Positions 15,365-29,518 of a DNA stretch of 64,000 nt are shown here, piece by piece. Numbering within the stretch: position 1 is the first letter of the stretch; each line of letters starts with the position of its first letter. Source of the stretch: Neocallimastix sp. 'constans' (Eukaryota); NCBI GenBank assembly GCA_050613775.1, contig JBODTK010000128.1, positions 248,001 to 312,000 of the forward strand, read 5' to 3'. The position numbers and the translations under genes were made by a program. The notes beneath the pieces are model-generated. The model did not search any database, was not told the DNA's origin, and was given only the letters and a program-made list of their open reading frames with translations.

Positions 15365-16806
15365 TTTAATTTAAAATAATTTTTTCTTTTATTTGTTTGA
15401 TCCTATATACTATATTATTATATTATAATGAACTACAAAAATATATTTGAATGCTTTCTTTTTTTTTTTTTTATGATATTATATGATAAAGTAATGATAA
15501 AATTATTTTATATAATTTTCCAAGTTACAATTAATTAAATTTTAGTGATATAAAATATATACAAAAAATGAATTGAAATAAATAACACTATTAAAAAATG
15601 GTTGAAATTTTTGTTATACACAATTGATTTAAAATAAAAATAGTAACAAGATCAGTTTGCATAAATATTTTGAAAATGAAAATGTTGTCTTTTTTTTTAA
15701 AAAAAAAAATAAAAATAAAAATAAAAAATTAAAATGAAAAAAAGAGAAAGAATTTTAGAAAAAAAAAATAATAATACTAAAACAATATTAAATTTAAATG
15801 AATATTTTTTAGTTAATATTAAGTAATATATATATGACCTTTATTTTATATATAAATAAAGTTTAGCTAAAGTTTATATCAAAAAAAAAAAAAAAAAAAA
15901 ATCTATTTATTTATTTATTATAGAAATAAAGGTCTATAAAATCTTTTTTTTTTTTTTTTTTTCTTTTTTTTTATGTTTTGTTTTTTAAAAATAGTTTTAG
16001 GATTAATGCTATTTTAATAGTATATAAATTCATGACCTCTTTGTAATAAATATTCTTATTTTTTTTATATAATAATTAGTTTTGATATAAATTTTTTGAT
16101 GTAGATTATATTTTTATCATTTCATATCTTTTAATAGAAATAAGTTTAAATATTTTTTAAATCTTTTTTTATAATATTGTTTTTGTCTCCTCTTTTTTTA
16201 TCTTTATTTTTTTTTTAATTAAATTTTATAAAATATCCCTAATTTTTTTTATAAAATAATAATTTTATACTTTTTTTTTTTTTTTTATTAAAGAAATTAT
16301 CTTATTAATATGATTTTTTTATTTTAATTAGATAATATAATATATTAAATAGATTAGAATAATTTGTTAAAAAAAATAATAAATATTATTTTTTTTTAAT
16401 AAATAAAACTATTTTTTAATACTACAAAGCAGTTTATGTTAAAGAATAATAAATTTGTTAATTTAAAATTTTTACAATCTTATCAGATATAATTTTAAAC
16501 TTTAAATCTACAATATATATAATTTATATTTTTTATTTTTATTTATTATTTTTATTTTTAAATTTTAATTTTTAGCTTTTGTCTTAATTATTTTTTTTTT
16601 TTTAAATTTTCAATTTTTAATTTTAGAATAAGATTGCCTCCACTTACTTAAATTAAAATGGAGACACTCTGTATATTATATTATAAAAATATATTAAAAT
16701 CAATTAGAATCACAAATTTTAAATTATGAAACCTTTTTGAAAATTTTAAAAAAAAATAAAGTTGAAAATGAGATAAATTTTTATTCATAGAAAAGTAAAA
16801 AAAAAA

Positions 16807-16837
<31 letters not shown>

Positions 16838-17751
16838 CTAAATTTTTATTTTTAAAATATATAAAAATAGTTTTTTTTTTTTTTTTATTTTTATTTTTTA
16901 TTTTTTCTGTTTTATAAAGAGAAATAAAAATAATAAAGATATTTTGTTTATCCATTTTACTTATCATTGCTATATTAAATACAATTTATTATTATATATT
17001 TATATATATAGGATTTTACTTTTCCATGCCATAACCTATAAAAATAAAACTATATAGATTTATAATATATCAAATATAATAAAATTTATATTTTTGTAGT
17101 GTTATATTTAAAATTAGTATTTCTCATATGAGAGTAAATATGTTATAATTCTTAAATATCAAATTTCAAATTTCAAATAATAAATAATAATTAATAATTA
17201 ATAATTAATAATTAAATAATTAAATAATAAATAATAAATGAGTAATAAATATTAAATATTAAATAATAATAAATAATAAATAATAAATAATAATAAATAA
17301 TAATAAATAATAGACAATAAATAGTAAATAATTAAAAAATAAATAATAAATAATAAATAATAAATAATAAATAATAAATAAGTAAATATAATAAATAAAT
17401 AATAGTGTAAATATATTCTAGTATATTATTGGTTGATTAAAACATTATGTAAACTATTACATTAATATTTTTTTTTTTTGTAAAAAAAAAAAAATATAAA
17501 AAAAGGCTAAAAATTTATGCTGATATATAAATAATATATATTTTGTTTTATTTTCAGATTTTAGTTTTTTACAATAATAAATAGACTGGCCCTGTATTAT
17601 TGATATTGTTGAGGTTCTCCATTCCTCAGCAAGAAATATAACCTTTATATCTTTTTTTATATTATTTCTTATTTATTTTTCAAAATAATTTAAAAAGAAC
17701 AATAAGCAATAAAATAATATATTGAAATCATTCTGTTAACTTTAAAAAATT

Positions 17752-18387
<636 letters not shown>

Positions 18388-18399
18388 CTCCCCCTCAAA

Positions 18400-21300
18400 T
18401 CAGTTTTCATTTGTAATGAAAATTTGATTTGCAAAGGTTGTCATTTTAGTACCATTTACACATTTTGTTAATGTGTCAGCTAGCATTTTATCAGTACTGA
18501 TATATTTTAATTTAATTAAATTTTTCTCAATATTGTCTCTATTAAAGTGATATTTAATTGAAATATGTTTTAATTTTGGATTTAATTCTCCATTTTCCAT
18601 TGAAATTTTACTTGCATTATTGTCTGTGAATAATGTTAGTGGTTTATTAAATTTGAGTAATTCGTATAATATATTTTTAATTCTTAATAATTTCTTGATA
18701 CATACTGACGCACTTATGTATTCAGCTTCTGCTGTTGATGTGGCGACAACTGACTGTTTTTTCGAGGTCCAGGATATTGGATTATTTCCCATTAAGATAA
18801 TATTACCAGATGTTGATTTTCTGTCAGTAACGTCACCAGCGAAGTCTGAATCTGTGTAACCTACAATGTTACCAGTGCCATCATATTTAATTTTGTAATT
18901 TTTGGTATTTTTTAAATATTGTAATATTGCAATAACTTTGTGCCAGTCAGATACTGTTGGATTTTCTGAATTTCTGGCAGCTTTGTTGACTGAAAATGCA
19001 ATGTCGGGTCTGGTACATTTTGATAAATAAATTAACATACCAATTGCACTTTTATATTTTGTTTTGTTGAATGGTTGGTTATTTTCTGATATTGTATTAT
19101 CACCAACACATGGTGTTTTTCTTAGTCTTTTGTTATTGATATTAAATGTTTTTAAAATATTTTCTATAAATTGTGTTTGAGATAATGTATAAGTGTTATT
19201 TCTATTTTCAACTTTAATTCCCAATAAGTAGTCTATTGGACCAGATTTTGAGATCTTGAATTTGTTTTTAATTTTATTGAAGATTTTGTTAATTTCTTCC
19301 TTTTCTCCAGTAACAATCATATCGTCTACGTATAAGCCAATTATACAGACTAATTTTCCATTTACGATTTTCTTAAAAACGCAACTTTCAGATTTTAGTT
19401 GCTCCATTCCTTGTTCAATTAAAAATTTAGAGATGGTATTATACCATTGTCGGCCAGATTGTTTTAAACCGTATAATGCTTTGTTCAATTTCCAATATCC
19501 CCTCCCAAAGTTAGGATCTCCAGGGGGAATTTTGACATAGATATCTTTGTCTAAATCCGCGTTGAGATACGCAGCTTTGATATCTAATTGGAGAATGTCC
19601 CATATAAATTTAGCAGCTAAGGAGATAAGAAGTTTTAAACAATCGATATTAAGGGTAGGAGAGAAAGTCAACTCATAATCAATGCCATATTTTTGAGAGA
19701 AACCTTTAGCGACAAAACGAGCTTTATGTTTAATAATATGGCCAAGACCATCAGTCTTAAGAGCGTAGACCCATTTGGAAGGAATGGGTTTCTTACCATC
19801 TGGAATATTGTTCACAAAAGTCATAATTTTATTAGTATAAAGATTATCCAGTTCGTTATCCATAGCTTTTTCCCATAGAACGTGGTCTTTACAATTTGTG
19901 GCTTGGAAAAATGATTGGGGCACAAAATTATCCAAAGTAGCAATAATTTTTGAATTAAAGTTTGATCTACGAAATTTTTGTGATTGGGAAGGTGTTAAAT
20001 CGTCCGAAAGTGACCTTCCGTGTTTTTTAAAATTAAACTGTTTTTTAATATGTAAATAATTATTTTTCTTAATTTTAAAAGGATTATTTGAAAATAAATA
20101 ATCAATATTTCCATTTTCAAAATTTTTATTATTTTTGAAATGAAAATTGCTCCTATGATGAGGTAAATTAATTCTATTGAATGGATTTGTATTAAAAGAA
20201 TTTTGGTTATCTATATGTAGTTCTTTAACACTTCTTCTGCCATTAAAAGGGAACTTTTTGTCGATGTAAGAAGAGATAATATTATTTCTATTAAACATAG
20301 TATTTTCTTGAGAAGAAGAAGGAAAATTATAATAATTTGGGTTTGAAAAATTTTTGGATTTAGATATATTATCAGTAGTACTGGTAGATATATTATTTTT
20401 AATATTTGTTTCAGAAAAATTTTTATTAAAATTTTCTTTAATTATATTAGATTTATTTGAAGACATATTGGTTTGTTCATTAACTTTTCCTTGATTATTG
20501 GATTTCTTATTAAATAAGGTTTTGTCGTTAATATTAAAAAATTTTTCTTCATCAGTAATTTTATTATTATTTTGAGTTTTAGAATTTTTAACCTTATTTA
20601 TATTTGAATTTTCAGAAAAATTTTTCTCTTGATTAGAATTATTATTCGATAAGGTTTCATTAAAATTTTTGTTTTTGTTTATTGAATTTTCTTCATTTTT
20701 TGAAAAATTTTTATTATCAGAAAAATTTTCATCAGAATGATTTTTGAAATTTTCTTGATTTTTGTAGTTTTGGGTCTCTTCTTCTGCGATTTTTATTTCT
20801 TTGTCCTTACCAATATTATTATTGATATTGGTATCGTTAGAATCCTCAGTCTCTGGGCTTTTCCCTTTATCTCTTTTAGGGGAATTGGCCTTATTTAAAT
20901 TTTCTTGTAAATCATCATTGTTTGTGATAGGTAATGATGAATAATTTTCTTTGGTATTTTTGCTATTTTCTTTGTTGTTGTTATTAAATTTATTTTCAGA
21001 AGGTTTACTACTATGGTTACCAGCTTTATGATTTTCTCCACCAGATGAGTCTGGTAAATTCTTCGAAAAATAAAAATCAAAAGTAAGAAATTCCTGATCA
21101 CCATATTGATTTGATTTATTGTTTGCTAATTTTACATTAGCAGGAGTATCTTCTAAACAGTAAATTTCTCTACAATAATGAATTGAATTATCATTGAAAT
21201 CCATAATAATATAGCTATTAGTTTTTTCACTAAATCCAAGAAAAATTCCTTTCTTAGAATTAGGTGAAAATTTGGATTTATTTTGGCTTCTGTCAATATA

Positions 21301-23688
21301 GAAGGTGATACAACCGAATACCTTGATGTGATTAATTTTTACTTTGTTTTTGTAGAATATTTCATCTGGAATTTTGTTATGAATTCCAGAATGAGGAACT
21401 TTGTTGTATATATAGTTAGCGTATAATATCGCAAAGTCCCAGAAGTTTTCACTAAGTCCACTCCAATATAACAAGGTTTTCGCGCAGGAAACAATAGTAA
21501 GATTAAATCTTTCACATAGTCCATTATTTTCAGGATTATACGGAGGAGAGAATACTTTTTCAATTCCATTTTCATTGCAAAAGGAATCAATTTTCTTGTT
21601 TTTATATTCCTTTGCGTTATCCGATTTAAAAACTTTAATTTTATGATCCTTATATTTATTATTAAGCATTCTTAAGGTATTGATAATAATATCAGTAGCT
21701 TCTGATTTACTCTTCATTATAAAAACCCATGATTTTCTAGAAGCTTCATCTAAGATAGTAAGAATGAACCTTTTTCCAGTATAAGATGTGTTAATAGGAC
21801 CAATAATATCTGAATGTATAACTTCTAAGATCTCTTTAGCTCTAGGAGGAGTTTTATTGTGTGGATTGCGTTTCATTTTCGCAATTTTGCAATCATCACA
21901 CTTATCTAAGTTAATTTCATGATTATTTAGATAATTCTTCAAATCTTCTTGGTAGAAATGACCAAGCCGTCGATGCCAAGTTAACTCTTCAGCATTCCGA
22001 AAATTTTGGATTGCCATAAGATTATTTTTATTATTTCTTTCATTTTCAATATTGAAATGAGTAACTACAATTTTAACTTCATTGTTATTATTAGCTTGGA
22101 ATGTGGCAATAATATTATAATTGTTATCTAAAATTCTGAGGATAATATTATTGTGTTTATCCTTTTCTGTCAAGGTTTTAACATCTTGTTTTGCCCATTC
22201 TATTCCACTAATAATATTTTTAGCTACTTCTTTTGAATATAATACTTTGTTAAATTTAAAATGATAATTATTAATAGTAAATTCAAATTCACCATGGCCT
22301 TCAAAATAGCAATAAGTATTATTTGCACATCTTAACTTTATTTTTTCTTTTTTAAAATTTTTAAGCAGACTTAGATCATTAGTTATATGTTCACCAGCAC
22401 CTGAATCATATAACCATTCTGATGTTTCTTTTTTATTGTAATTAATATTAAAAATTTCATTTGTATTATTTGTATTTATTTCCTTTTTATTAATATTATT
22501 TATAAAAATTTCTTTAGCTAAATTTAATTTATTTTCTACTCGTGTTATTATATTATTTTTAATTAAAACTTCATTTTTAACGTCTTCTTTATCATAATTT
22601 ATGAAACAATTTGATTTTTCAGATTCTTGATATTCATCTGAATCATCATCATCATTATTCTCATATTTTCCTTTTCCTTTAGGATCATAGTATTTATAAA
22701 ACATTGGCTTTATATCATCATAAGATATATTTTCATTATATTCATCATTTAAATTAATATATCTTATGGGTCTTCCATTATGCCAATTATTATGAGTGTG
22801 ATAATTATTTAATTTTTGTTCATCTTGAATGTAGTATTTATTGTATAATCCATTTGGGTTTCTTGGATTATACCTACATTCTTTGGTAGAATGACCCCTC
22901 CTTTCACAGATTTCGCAGTATTTATTATTATTGTTATATTTATTATTATTAAATTTTTCTTTGTTGTTTTGTTTACTTGGATTTCCTTTTTTGGAAAAAT
23001 TTTTATTATTGTTCTTGTTTTTTAAATTTTTCCTATTCTTGTATCCAAGTTTCCCAGCATAGTCGATGTCCATTGGATCATATGGTCGTTGGTCTTTATC
23101 TGTTTGTTCATCGACATATAACCAGGTGTTTATATCTTTTACTATAGTTGTTTTTAATTCTTCGGCTGTTTCATTACCATTTAAAGTTAATTTCATTTTA
23201 TAACTTTTTGGTAATGTTCTTAATAAATATTTTACTTTTTCTTTTTCGGAGATAATATTTCCGGAGGAGTTCATGCCATTAAATAATTTAAAGATTTCCT
23301 TAATAGCTGAAGGTATTTCTGTTTCCTTTTCAGCTTTGACATTTTTAAGTTTACTAATCCATTGAGTCATGTCATTCTCACTTAATTTGTATTCTTCTCT
23401 TAGATAATTTATTATGGCATATGGAGTGTTCATGCCAATAATATCTTCATGGATTTTGGAATTTATGGTATTTTTAATAATATAACGGACTTTTGTGTTC
23501 GTTTTCTTGATTTCCTTTATTTCTTCTTCCTTTTTGGTATTGTCCCTTTTGGCTTCTTCCAATATATCTTTAGTTAGATATTCAGCTAAGTCATCTTTCT
23601 CCAATATGTCCGTTAAATTATCATACCATATATTAAAATTTTTGCCATTCAATATGGCTTCCTTTTTGAACGGGATAAAATCACTCAT
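18400..23688 (-). CDS. Copia Gag-Pol polyprotein (1762 aa)
   Basis: Zn knuckle CEICERRGHSTKEC, protease WLYDSGA, GAG-pre-integrase WHRRLGH..CDDC, integrase D,D(35)E (HSDIIGP/KSDNAKEY/GLCER), RT YVDDM and RNase H YTDSDFAG, in copia order PR-IN-RT-RH. Confidence 0.97.
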   Translation of the reverse strand: MSDFIPFKKEAILNGKNFNIWYDNLTDILEKDDLAEYLTKDILEEAKRDNTKKEEEIKEIKKTNTKVRYIIKNTINSKIHEDIIGMNTPYAIINYLREEYKLSENDMTQWISKLKNVKAEKETEIPSAIKEIFKLFNGMNSSGNIISEKEKVKYLLRTLPKSYKMKLTLNGNETAEELKTTIVKDINTWLYVDEQTDKDQRPYDPMDIDYAGKLGYKNRKNLKNKNNNKNFSKKGNPSKQNNKEKFNNNKYNNNNKYCEICERRGHSTKECRYNPRNPNGLYNKYYIQDEQKLNNYHTHNNWHNGRPIRYINLNDEYNENISYDDIKPMFYKYYDPKGKGKYENNDDDDSDEYQESEKSNCFINYDKEDVKNEVLIKNNIITRVENKLNLAKEIFINNINKKEINTNNTNEIFNINYNKKETSEWLYDSGAGEHITNDLSLLKNFKKEKIKLRCANNTYCYFEGHGEFEFTINNYHFKFNKVLYSKEVAKNIISGIEWAKQDVKTLTEKDKHNNIILRILDNNYNIIATFQANNNNEVKIVVTHFNIENERNNKNNLMAIQNFRNAEELTWHRRLGHFYQEDLKNYLNNHEINLDKCDDCKIAKMKRNPHNKTPPRAKEILEVIHSDIIGPINTSYTGKRFILTILDEASRKSWVFIMKSKSEATDIIINTLRMLNNKYKDHKIKVFKSDNAKEYKNKKIDSFCNENGIEKVFSPPYNPENNGLCERFNLTIVSCAKTLLYWSGLSENFWDFAILYANYIYNKVPHSGIHNKIPDEIFYKNKVKINHIKVFGCITFYIDRSQNKSKFSPNSKKGIFLGFSEKTNSYIIMDFNDNSIHYCREIYCLEDTPANVKLANNKSNQYGDQEFLTFDFYFSKNLPDSSGGENHKAGNHSSKPSENKFNNNNKENSKNTKENYSSLPITNNDDLQENLNKANSPKRDKGKSPETEDSNDTNINNNIGKDKEIKIAEEETQNYKNQENFKNHSDENFSDNKNFSKNEENSINKNKNFNETLSNNNSNQEKNFSENSNINKVKNSKTQNNNKITDEEKFFNINDKTLFNKKSNNQGKVNEQTNMSSNKSNIIKENFNKNFSETNIKNNISTSTTDNISKSKNFSNPNYYNFPSSSQENTMFNRNNIISSYIDKKFPFNGRRSVKELHIDNQNSFNTNPFNRINLPHHRSNFHFKNNKNFENGNIDYLFSNNPFKIKKNNYLHIKKQFNFKKHGRSLSDDLTPSQSQKFRRSNFNSKIIATLDNFVPQSFFQATNCKDHVLWEKAMDNELDNLYTNKIMTFVNNIPDGKKPIPSKWVYALKTDGLGHIIKHKARFVAKGFSQKYGIDYELTFSPTLNIDCLKLLISLAAKFIWDILQLDIKAAYLNADLDKDIYVKIPPGDPNFGRGYWKLNKALYGLKQSGRQWYNTISKFLIEQGMEQLKSESCVFKKIVNGKLVCIIGLYVDDMIVTGEKEEINKIFNKIKNKFKISKSGPIDYLLGIKVENRNNTYTLSQTQFIENILKTFNINNKRLRKTPCVGDNTISENNQPFNKTKYKSAIGMLIYLSKCTRPDIAFSVNKAARNSENPTVSDWHKVIAILQYLKNTKNYKIKYDGTGNIVGYTDSDFAGDVTDRKSTSGNIILMGNNPISWTSKKQSVVATSTAEAEYISASVCIKKLLRIKNILYELLKFNKPLTLFTDNNASKISMENGELNPKLKHISIKYHFNRDNIEKNLIKLKYISTDKMLADTLTKCVNGTKMTTFANQIFITNEN

Positions 23689-23859
23689 TTAATTGATTTT
23701 TAATTTAATAATTAATATTATTATATATTTGGGTTTAAGAAGATTATTTTGTGTTTTTATTATGTAATTTTATTAATATTTTATTTAATTAATATTTTAT
23801 TTTAATAAAGATATTTTATATTATTTTATCAATATTATATGAGAATGTTAAGAGTACAG

Positions 23860-23874
23860 ATGAGACTCTTAATC
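23860..23874 (-). promoter_or_regulatory. Copia primer-binding site complementary to the anticodon arm of tRNA-Lys(CUU)
   Basis: The plus strand reads ATGAGACTCTTAATC directly against the 5' LTR and matches the recalled eukaryotic tRNA-Lys-CTT anticodon stem-loop. There is no TGG-type PBS. Confidence 0.75.
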
Positions 23875-24214
23875 TATTAAAGTAATTTATTTAGTTATTA
23901 ATAATTTATACATTTATTTATTTATTATAAAATTACTTATTGACGAAAGTCGCAAATTTTTGTCTATAAAATAAACAATTATTTTTATATAAACTATATT
24001 ATTATTTCACGTGAATAAACAAGAATAAAGAGATTATTTACATGCGCATGATAAATTTAATGATTTACATTTAATTATGTATTAACATAAATAATGTTAA
24101 TTTACATTTTAAGTTTAGTTTTTTACATAAATATTTATGATTTATATTTTCTATTATTTAATTATAAACCTAAATTATTAAGTTTATTTATTTATATTAT
24201 TTAATACTTTAACA
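23875..24214 (-). repeat. Copia 5' LTR
   Basis: Matches 18048-18387. Confidence 0.95.
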
Positions 24215-24253
<39 letters not shown>

Positions 24254-24356
24254 TTCATATGAAAATATAAAACTTTTAATTTTAATTTTTTTTTTTAATT
24301 AAATCAAATAACATGTTTTTTATTTATTTATTTATTTATTATTTATTTATTGATTT

Positions 24357-24472
<116 letters not shown>

Positions 24473-25129
24473 TAAAAATTTATGTTTTATATATGTATTT
24501 ATAATTTATAAAACTTATTTATTTTATTTCACCTCTTATTAAAATCTAAAAAATATTTTTATTATAATTAATTAATAAATAAAAAAACTTTTTTTTTACT
24601 TCCTATAAAAGTTATTGAACAAAATCAGAAGTTTTTTCTTTTTTATCTTCTTATTCAAATATATATTTAATTATTTTTCTATATGATATAATTTATGATG
24701 ATGGTTTTATTTGATAAAAGAAATAATATCATAAATTATTTTATGGTATGATATATAAAATTTAAAGAAAGAAACCATTTTATAATGAATAAATTATAGT
24801 ATTAATATAATTTATATACAGAATTATTGTAATTAAAATAATTATTTACTATTTACTATTTATTTATTTATTATTTACTATTTATTTATTTATTTATTAT
24901 TTACTATTTATTTATTTATTTATTATTTACTATTTATTTATTTATTTATTTATTATTTACTATTTATTTATTTATTATTTACTATTTATTTATTTATTAT
25001 TTATTATTTATTTATTATTTACTATTTATTTATTTATTATTTATTTATTTATTATTTACTATTTATTTATTTATTATTTATTATTTATTATTTATTATTT
25101 ATTATTTATTATTTATTTATTTATTATTT

Positions 25130-25165
<36 letters not shown>

Positions 25166-27429
25166 CAATAAAATAATATATAATTTTTTTTTTAAATTTT
25201 ATTTTACAAGATAGTGGAATTTTTTTTTTAAAAAGAAAAGAGGACAATAAAAAAATTAATGATTCATTATTAATATTAAATCTCAAACTAAAAATTTTAG
25301 TTAATAATAAAAAAACTAGCAAGGCTTATCCTTTATCTCTGATTTTATAAGTTCTTTTTTTTTTTTTTTGATGAAATAAAATACTATGCAATAATTAATT
25401 CCATAAAATTAAAAATAAATATAAAATTATATTTATATAAAATAAATAATAAATAATAATAAATAATACATAATTAATAATTGAATAATAAATAATTGAA
25501 AATAATAAGTAATTGAATATTAAATAATAAATAATAAATAAAAAATAATGAAATAATAAATAATTAATAATAAATGATAAATGATAAATAATGAATATTA
25601 AATATTAAATAAAAAATAATAAATAAGAAATAAGAAATAAGAAATAAGAAATAAGAAATGTACTTTTCACTTACATGTATTTTTTATAATAAAATTAATA
25701 AAGTTATGAAGTGTATTCTCTTCCCCGTCTAAAAAAAAATAAAAATAAAAATAAATAAGAAATAAGAAATAAGAAATAATAAAATAATAAATAATAAATA
25801 ATAAATAATAAATAATTAAATAATAAATAATAAATAATAAATAATAAATAATAAATAATAAATAATAAATAATAAATAATAAATAAAAAATAAGAAATAA
25901 GAAATAAGAAATAAGAAATAATAATAAATGAGTAATAAATAATAAATAATAAATAATAAATAATAAATAATAAATAATAATATTTATAAATTAATATATA
26001 CACTATATAATATTATTATTAAATAATAAATAATGTAAATTCAAAGAAATTATACAGAATTATATCATATTTGAATTTTATCGAACAAAAATAAATAAAA
26101 TAAAATAAAATAAAAAAAATAATATAATAATAGATAAAATATTTTATATTTTTATCATCATCATTTATTATATTTATATTATTATATATTATAAGAATTT
26201 TTATCATAACAAATAAATGGAATACAATTCTCCATACATTTAATAATATATAATATTAAATTAAATTCTTTTTTTTTTTATTTATTTATTTATTTATTGA
26301 ATTGAATCAAATTGTACACTATATATTTTTTGTTGATTCACTAATAAACTAATAATATACTATAATATTAAAATATTAATATATTTTAAATGTGATTGAA
26401 TATATTTTATTTATTTAGAGATTAACTTTATATAATCTTAATTTTATTGACCTATAATATCACAGTTGGAATAAATGGAATTATTATTTGAAATTCAAAT
26501 TAAAGATAATATATTATGATATATACTATTAGCAATATTTAATTTATTTACCAATATATTATTACAATTAACAAATATATTATTAATATGGATTAAACAA
26601 CTTTATCTATGTAAAAAAAAAATAAATGAATGAATAGAAAATAATAGATAAATCAATTAATTAATATTTAATGAATAAATATAATAATAAACAAATAAAT
26701 AAATTTATTCTTATTCCATAAGTTCTAATTATAATTTATTAAATTTTATAAACTATTTATTCATTTATTTATATATAATTATTATTGATTTATTTGTTGT
26801 TGTGTCTATTCATTTATATATATCTATTTATTTAGTTATTCATTAAATTTCAATTTTAACGAAATAAAAAATTTATATAATTATAAAAACTTATTATTTT
26901 CTTTCCTTTTCACACACACAAAAAAAAAAGAAAAAAGAAAAAATTAGACTTTTAGTTTTATTTTTTTTTTTAAATTAAAACATAAATATATTTATTTATT
27001 ACTATTTTTTTTAAAATAAAAAAATAATTATAATTATTTAATTACTGTAGTTCTTTTTTTTTTTTTTTTTTTTATAATAATTTATTTTTATTCAATTATA
27101 ATATAAAATAAAATATTTGTATTAAAAAAAAAAAAAAAAAAGTAAAGAAAAAAACAAATAAATTTTAATAAATATTTGTAATAAAAATTAGAATAAAATC
27201 TTAAATTATATTAAAATAAAATTTGTAATAATAGCAGTTTTATTTTATTTTAATCTGTACTTTATTAAATATTTAATAATTATTTTATACCTAAGTTTAC
27301 ATTCTTGTTAGTATATTTAAGTTCTTGTAGTATACAAAAAAAAAAGGTAAAAGTAATAACTAAAATATGAATTATTTATTGTATATATATAATAATGAAA
27401 AAACTAATACCAAGAGAAGAAATAATAAA

Positions 27430-27463
<34 letters not shown>

Positions 27464-27627
27464 AAAAGAAAAAAATTTACACAATAATATGAATAAATAT
27501 TCAAAAGCGACTGCTTTAAAAATCATAACAGTAAAATAATTATAAATAATTTTCATTGACAAATCGATTGGAATAATATAATAAATAATTCATATTGAAA
27601 TGTTATATTAAATAAATAAATATTATG

Positions 27628-27680
<53 letters not shown>

Positions 27681-27892
27681 CTTTTTTATTCTTATTGTAT
27701 TTTAAAACAAACGAAGAAAAAATAAAATAAATAGATTTCTTAATATTTTTTTATTGAACAAAATTAATAAAATATAAAGATATATAAAGCATAAATAGAA
27801 AATAAAAAATAAAACAGATAGCATTGATATTCTTTTTAAGAAATAGTATTTATAGTATGAAATAAGTTGGATTTTTAAAGATTTTATTATAT

Positions 27893-27935
<43 letters not shown>

Positions 27936-28213
27936 ATTTTTATTAACAAATACTTACTTTTTAATTATTTATTATTATATTAATTATTAATTTATAACTA
28001 CATTAAATAATTTATATATATATATTTACATTTATATATTTTAATTTATATTTAATATTTTTATTTATTTATATAATATTATATAAATTTATATTTATAA
28101 TTGTATATAAATATCTTAATTTCTATTTCTTTTCCTTTATATGTAATATATATATATATATAAATAATATATATTCTTTGATAATAAAATCATACAATAT
28201 AGAAATATTAAAA

Positions 28214-29518
28214 ATGGCAAAGAAAAATAATAACAATAATAACCTCAAAAACAGAAAAAAAAATACAGTTGAAGAATCAGAGGAAAACATTAATGTTATC
28301 CAAAAAGAGGAAGAAAAACCAAAAAAAGAAGAAAAAACTGTTTTATTAGCTGAACAACCAAAGAGTCAAAAATGGATTAATTGGAGAATTCGTACTATTT
28401 GGACTTTTGTTATGATTTTCGCTTTCTTCTTTATTATTTTTTCTGGTCATCTTTGTATTATTTTATTAGTTCTAGTTCTACAAATTTTAATTTTCAAAGA
28501 AATTATTGCTATCGCTCACTATCCATCTCAAGAGAAAAAACTGCCCTGGTTTAGAATTATTAATTGGTATTTCTTATTCGTTGGTATTTACTACTTATAT
28601 GGTGAAGGAATTATGGACTACTTTAAATTCAAATTCATGAAATATGAGTTATTCCAAATTTTATTGAATAATCACAAGTTCATTACTTTCTGTCTTTACA
28701 CTTTTGGCTTTGTTATCTTTATCATGAGTTTAAGAAAAGGTTTCTACCAATTCCAATTTATTCAATTTGCATGGACTCACTTAATCTTACTTTTCGTTGT
28801 CTTCCAAGCTCACTTCCTTATCAATAACATTTTACAAGGTATTATCTGGTTCTTCCTTCCAGTTAGTCAAATTATTGTAAATGATATTGCGGCTTATGTA
28901 TGTGGATTTTTCTGGGGACGTACTCCTTTAATTCAATTAAGTCCAAAGAAGACTTGGGAAGGTTTCATTGGTGCATTTTTCCTTACAGGTATATGGGGTA
29001 TTTTCTTCTCTCTTCTTTTAGCACAATTCAGCTACTTCACTTGCCCAGCTACTAATTTGCATACAAATGTTCTTAGTCATGTAACATGTGAACCACATCC
29101 AGTCTTTATTCCAACAGCCTATAATATTCCAACCATTATTGTCGATGTCTTCTCTATCTTTGGTATTAAACTCTCTACCGTCACTATTATTCCAATTGTA
29201 TTACATAGTATTGTTTTATCTGCCTTTGCTTCAATTATTGCTCCATTCGGTGGTTTCTTCGCTAGTGGTCTTAAACGTGCCTTTAAGATTAAGGACTTTG
29301 GTGATACTATCCCAGGTCATGGTGGTGTTACCGATCGTTTCGATTGCCAACTTTTAATGGCTGCTTTCTCTTCACTCTACTACATGACCTTCATTAAAAC
29401 TCCAGAAACTACTGTTAGTTTTCTTATGAATCAAATTATAACTTTAGATGCTGAACAACGTTTAGAATTATATAATAAATTTAAAGATTTTATGGTTGAT
29501 AATAATTTACTTAAATAA
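28214..29518 (+). CDS. CDS1: Phosphatidate cytidylyltransferase (CDP-diacylglycerol synthase), intronless CDS
   Basis: Motifs LSPKKTWEGF and SGLKRAFKIKDFGDTIPGHGGVTDRFDCQ, multiple TM segments, and first ATG in aaaATG context at 28214. Confidence 0.96.
   Translation: MAKKNNNNNNLKNRKKNTVEESEENINVIQKEEEKPKKEEKTVLLAEQPKSQKWINWRIRTIWTFVMIFAFFFIIFSGHLCIILLVLVLQILIFKEIIAIAHYPSQEKKLPWFRIINWYFLFVGIYYLYGEGIMDYFKFKFMKYELFQILLNNHKFITFCLYTFGFVIFIMSLRKGFYQFQFIQFAWTHLILLFVVFQAHFLINNILQGIIWFFLPVSQIIVNDIAAYVCGFFWGRTPLIQLSPKKTWEGFIGAFFLTGIWGIFFSLLLAQFSYFTCPATNLHTNVLSHVTCEPHPVFIPTAYNIPTIIVDVFSIFGIKLSTVTIIPIVLHSIVLSAFASIIAPFGGFFASGLKRAFKIKDFGDTIPGHGGVTDRFDCQLLMAAFSSLYYMTFIKTPETTVSFLMNQIITLDAEQRLELYNKFKDFMVDNNLLK

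Noticed and set aside
17580..17640. Small GC-richer island with a TGAGG..CCTCA stem (similar island at 16633-16670)
   Set aside because: Too short to assign, with no supportable ORF or RNA motif.
18620..21590. Antisense or alternative-frame ORFs within the copia and gypsy polyproteins
   Set aside because: Short shadow ORFs with no recognisable motifs.
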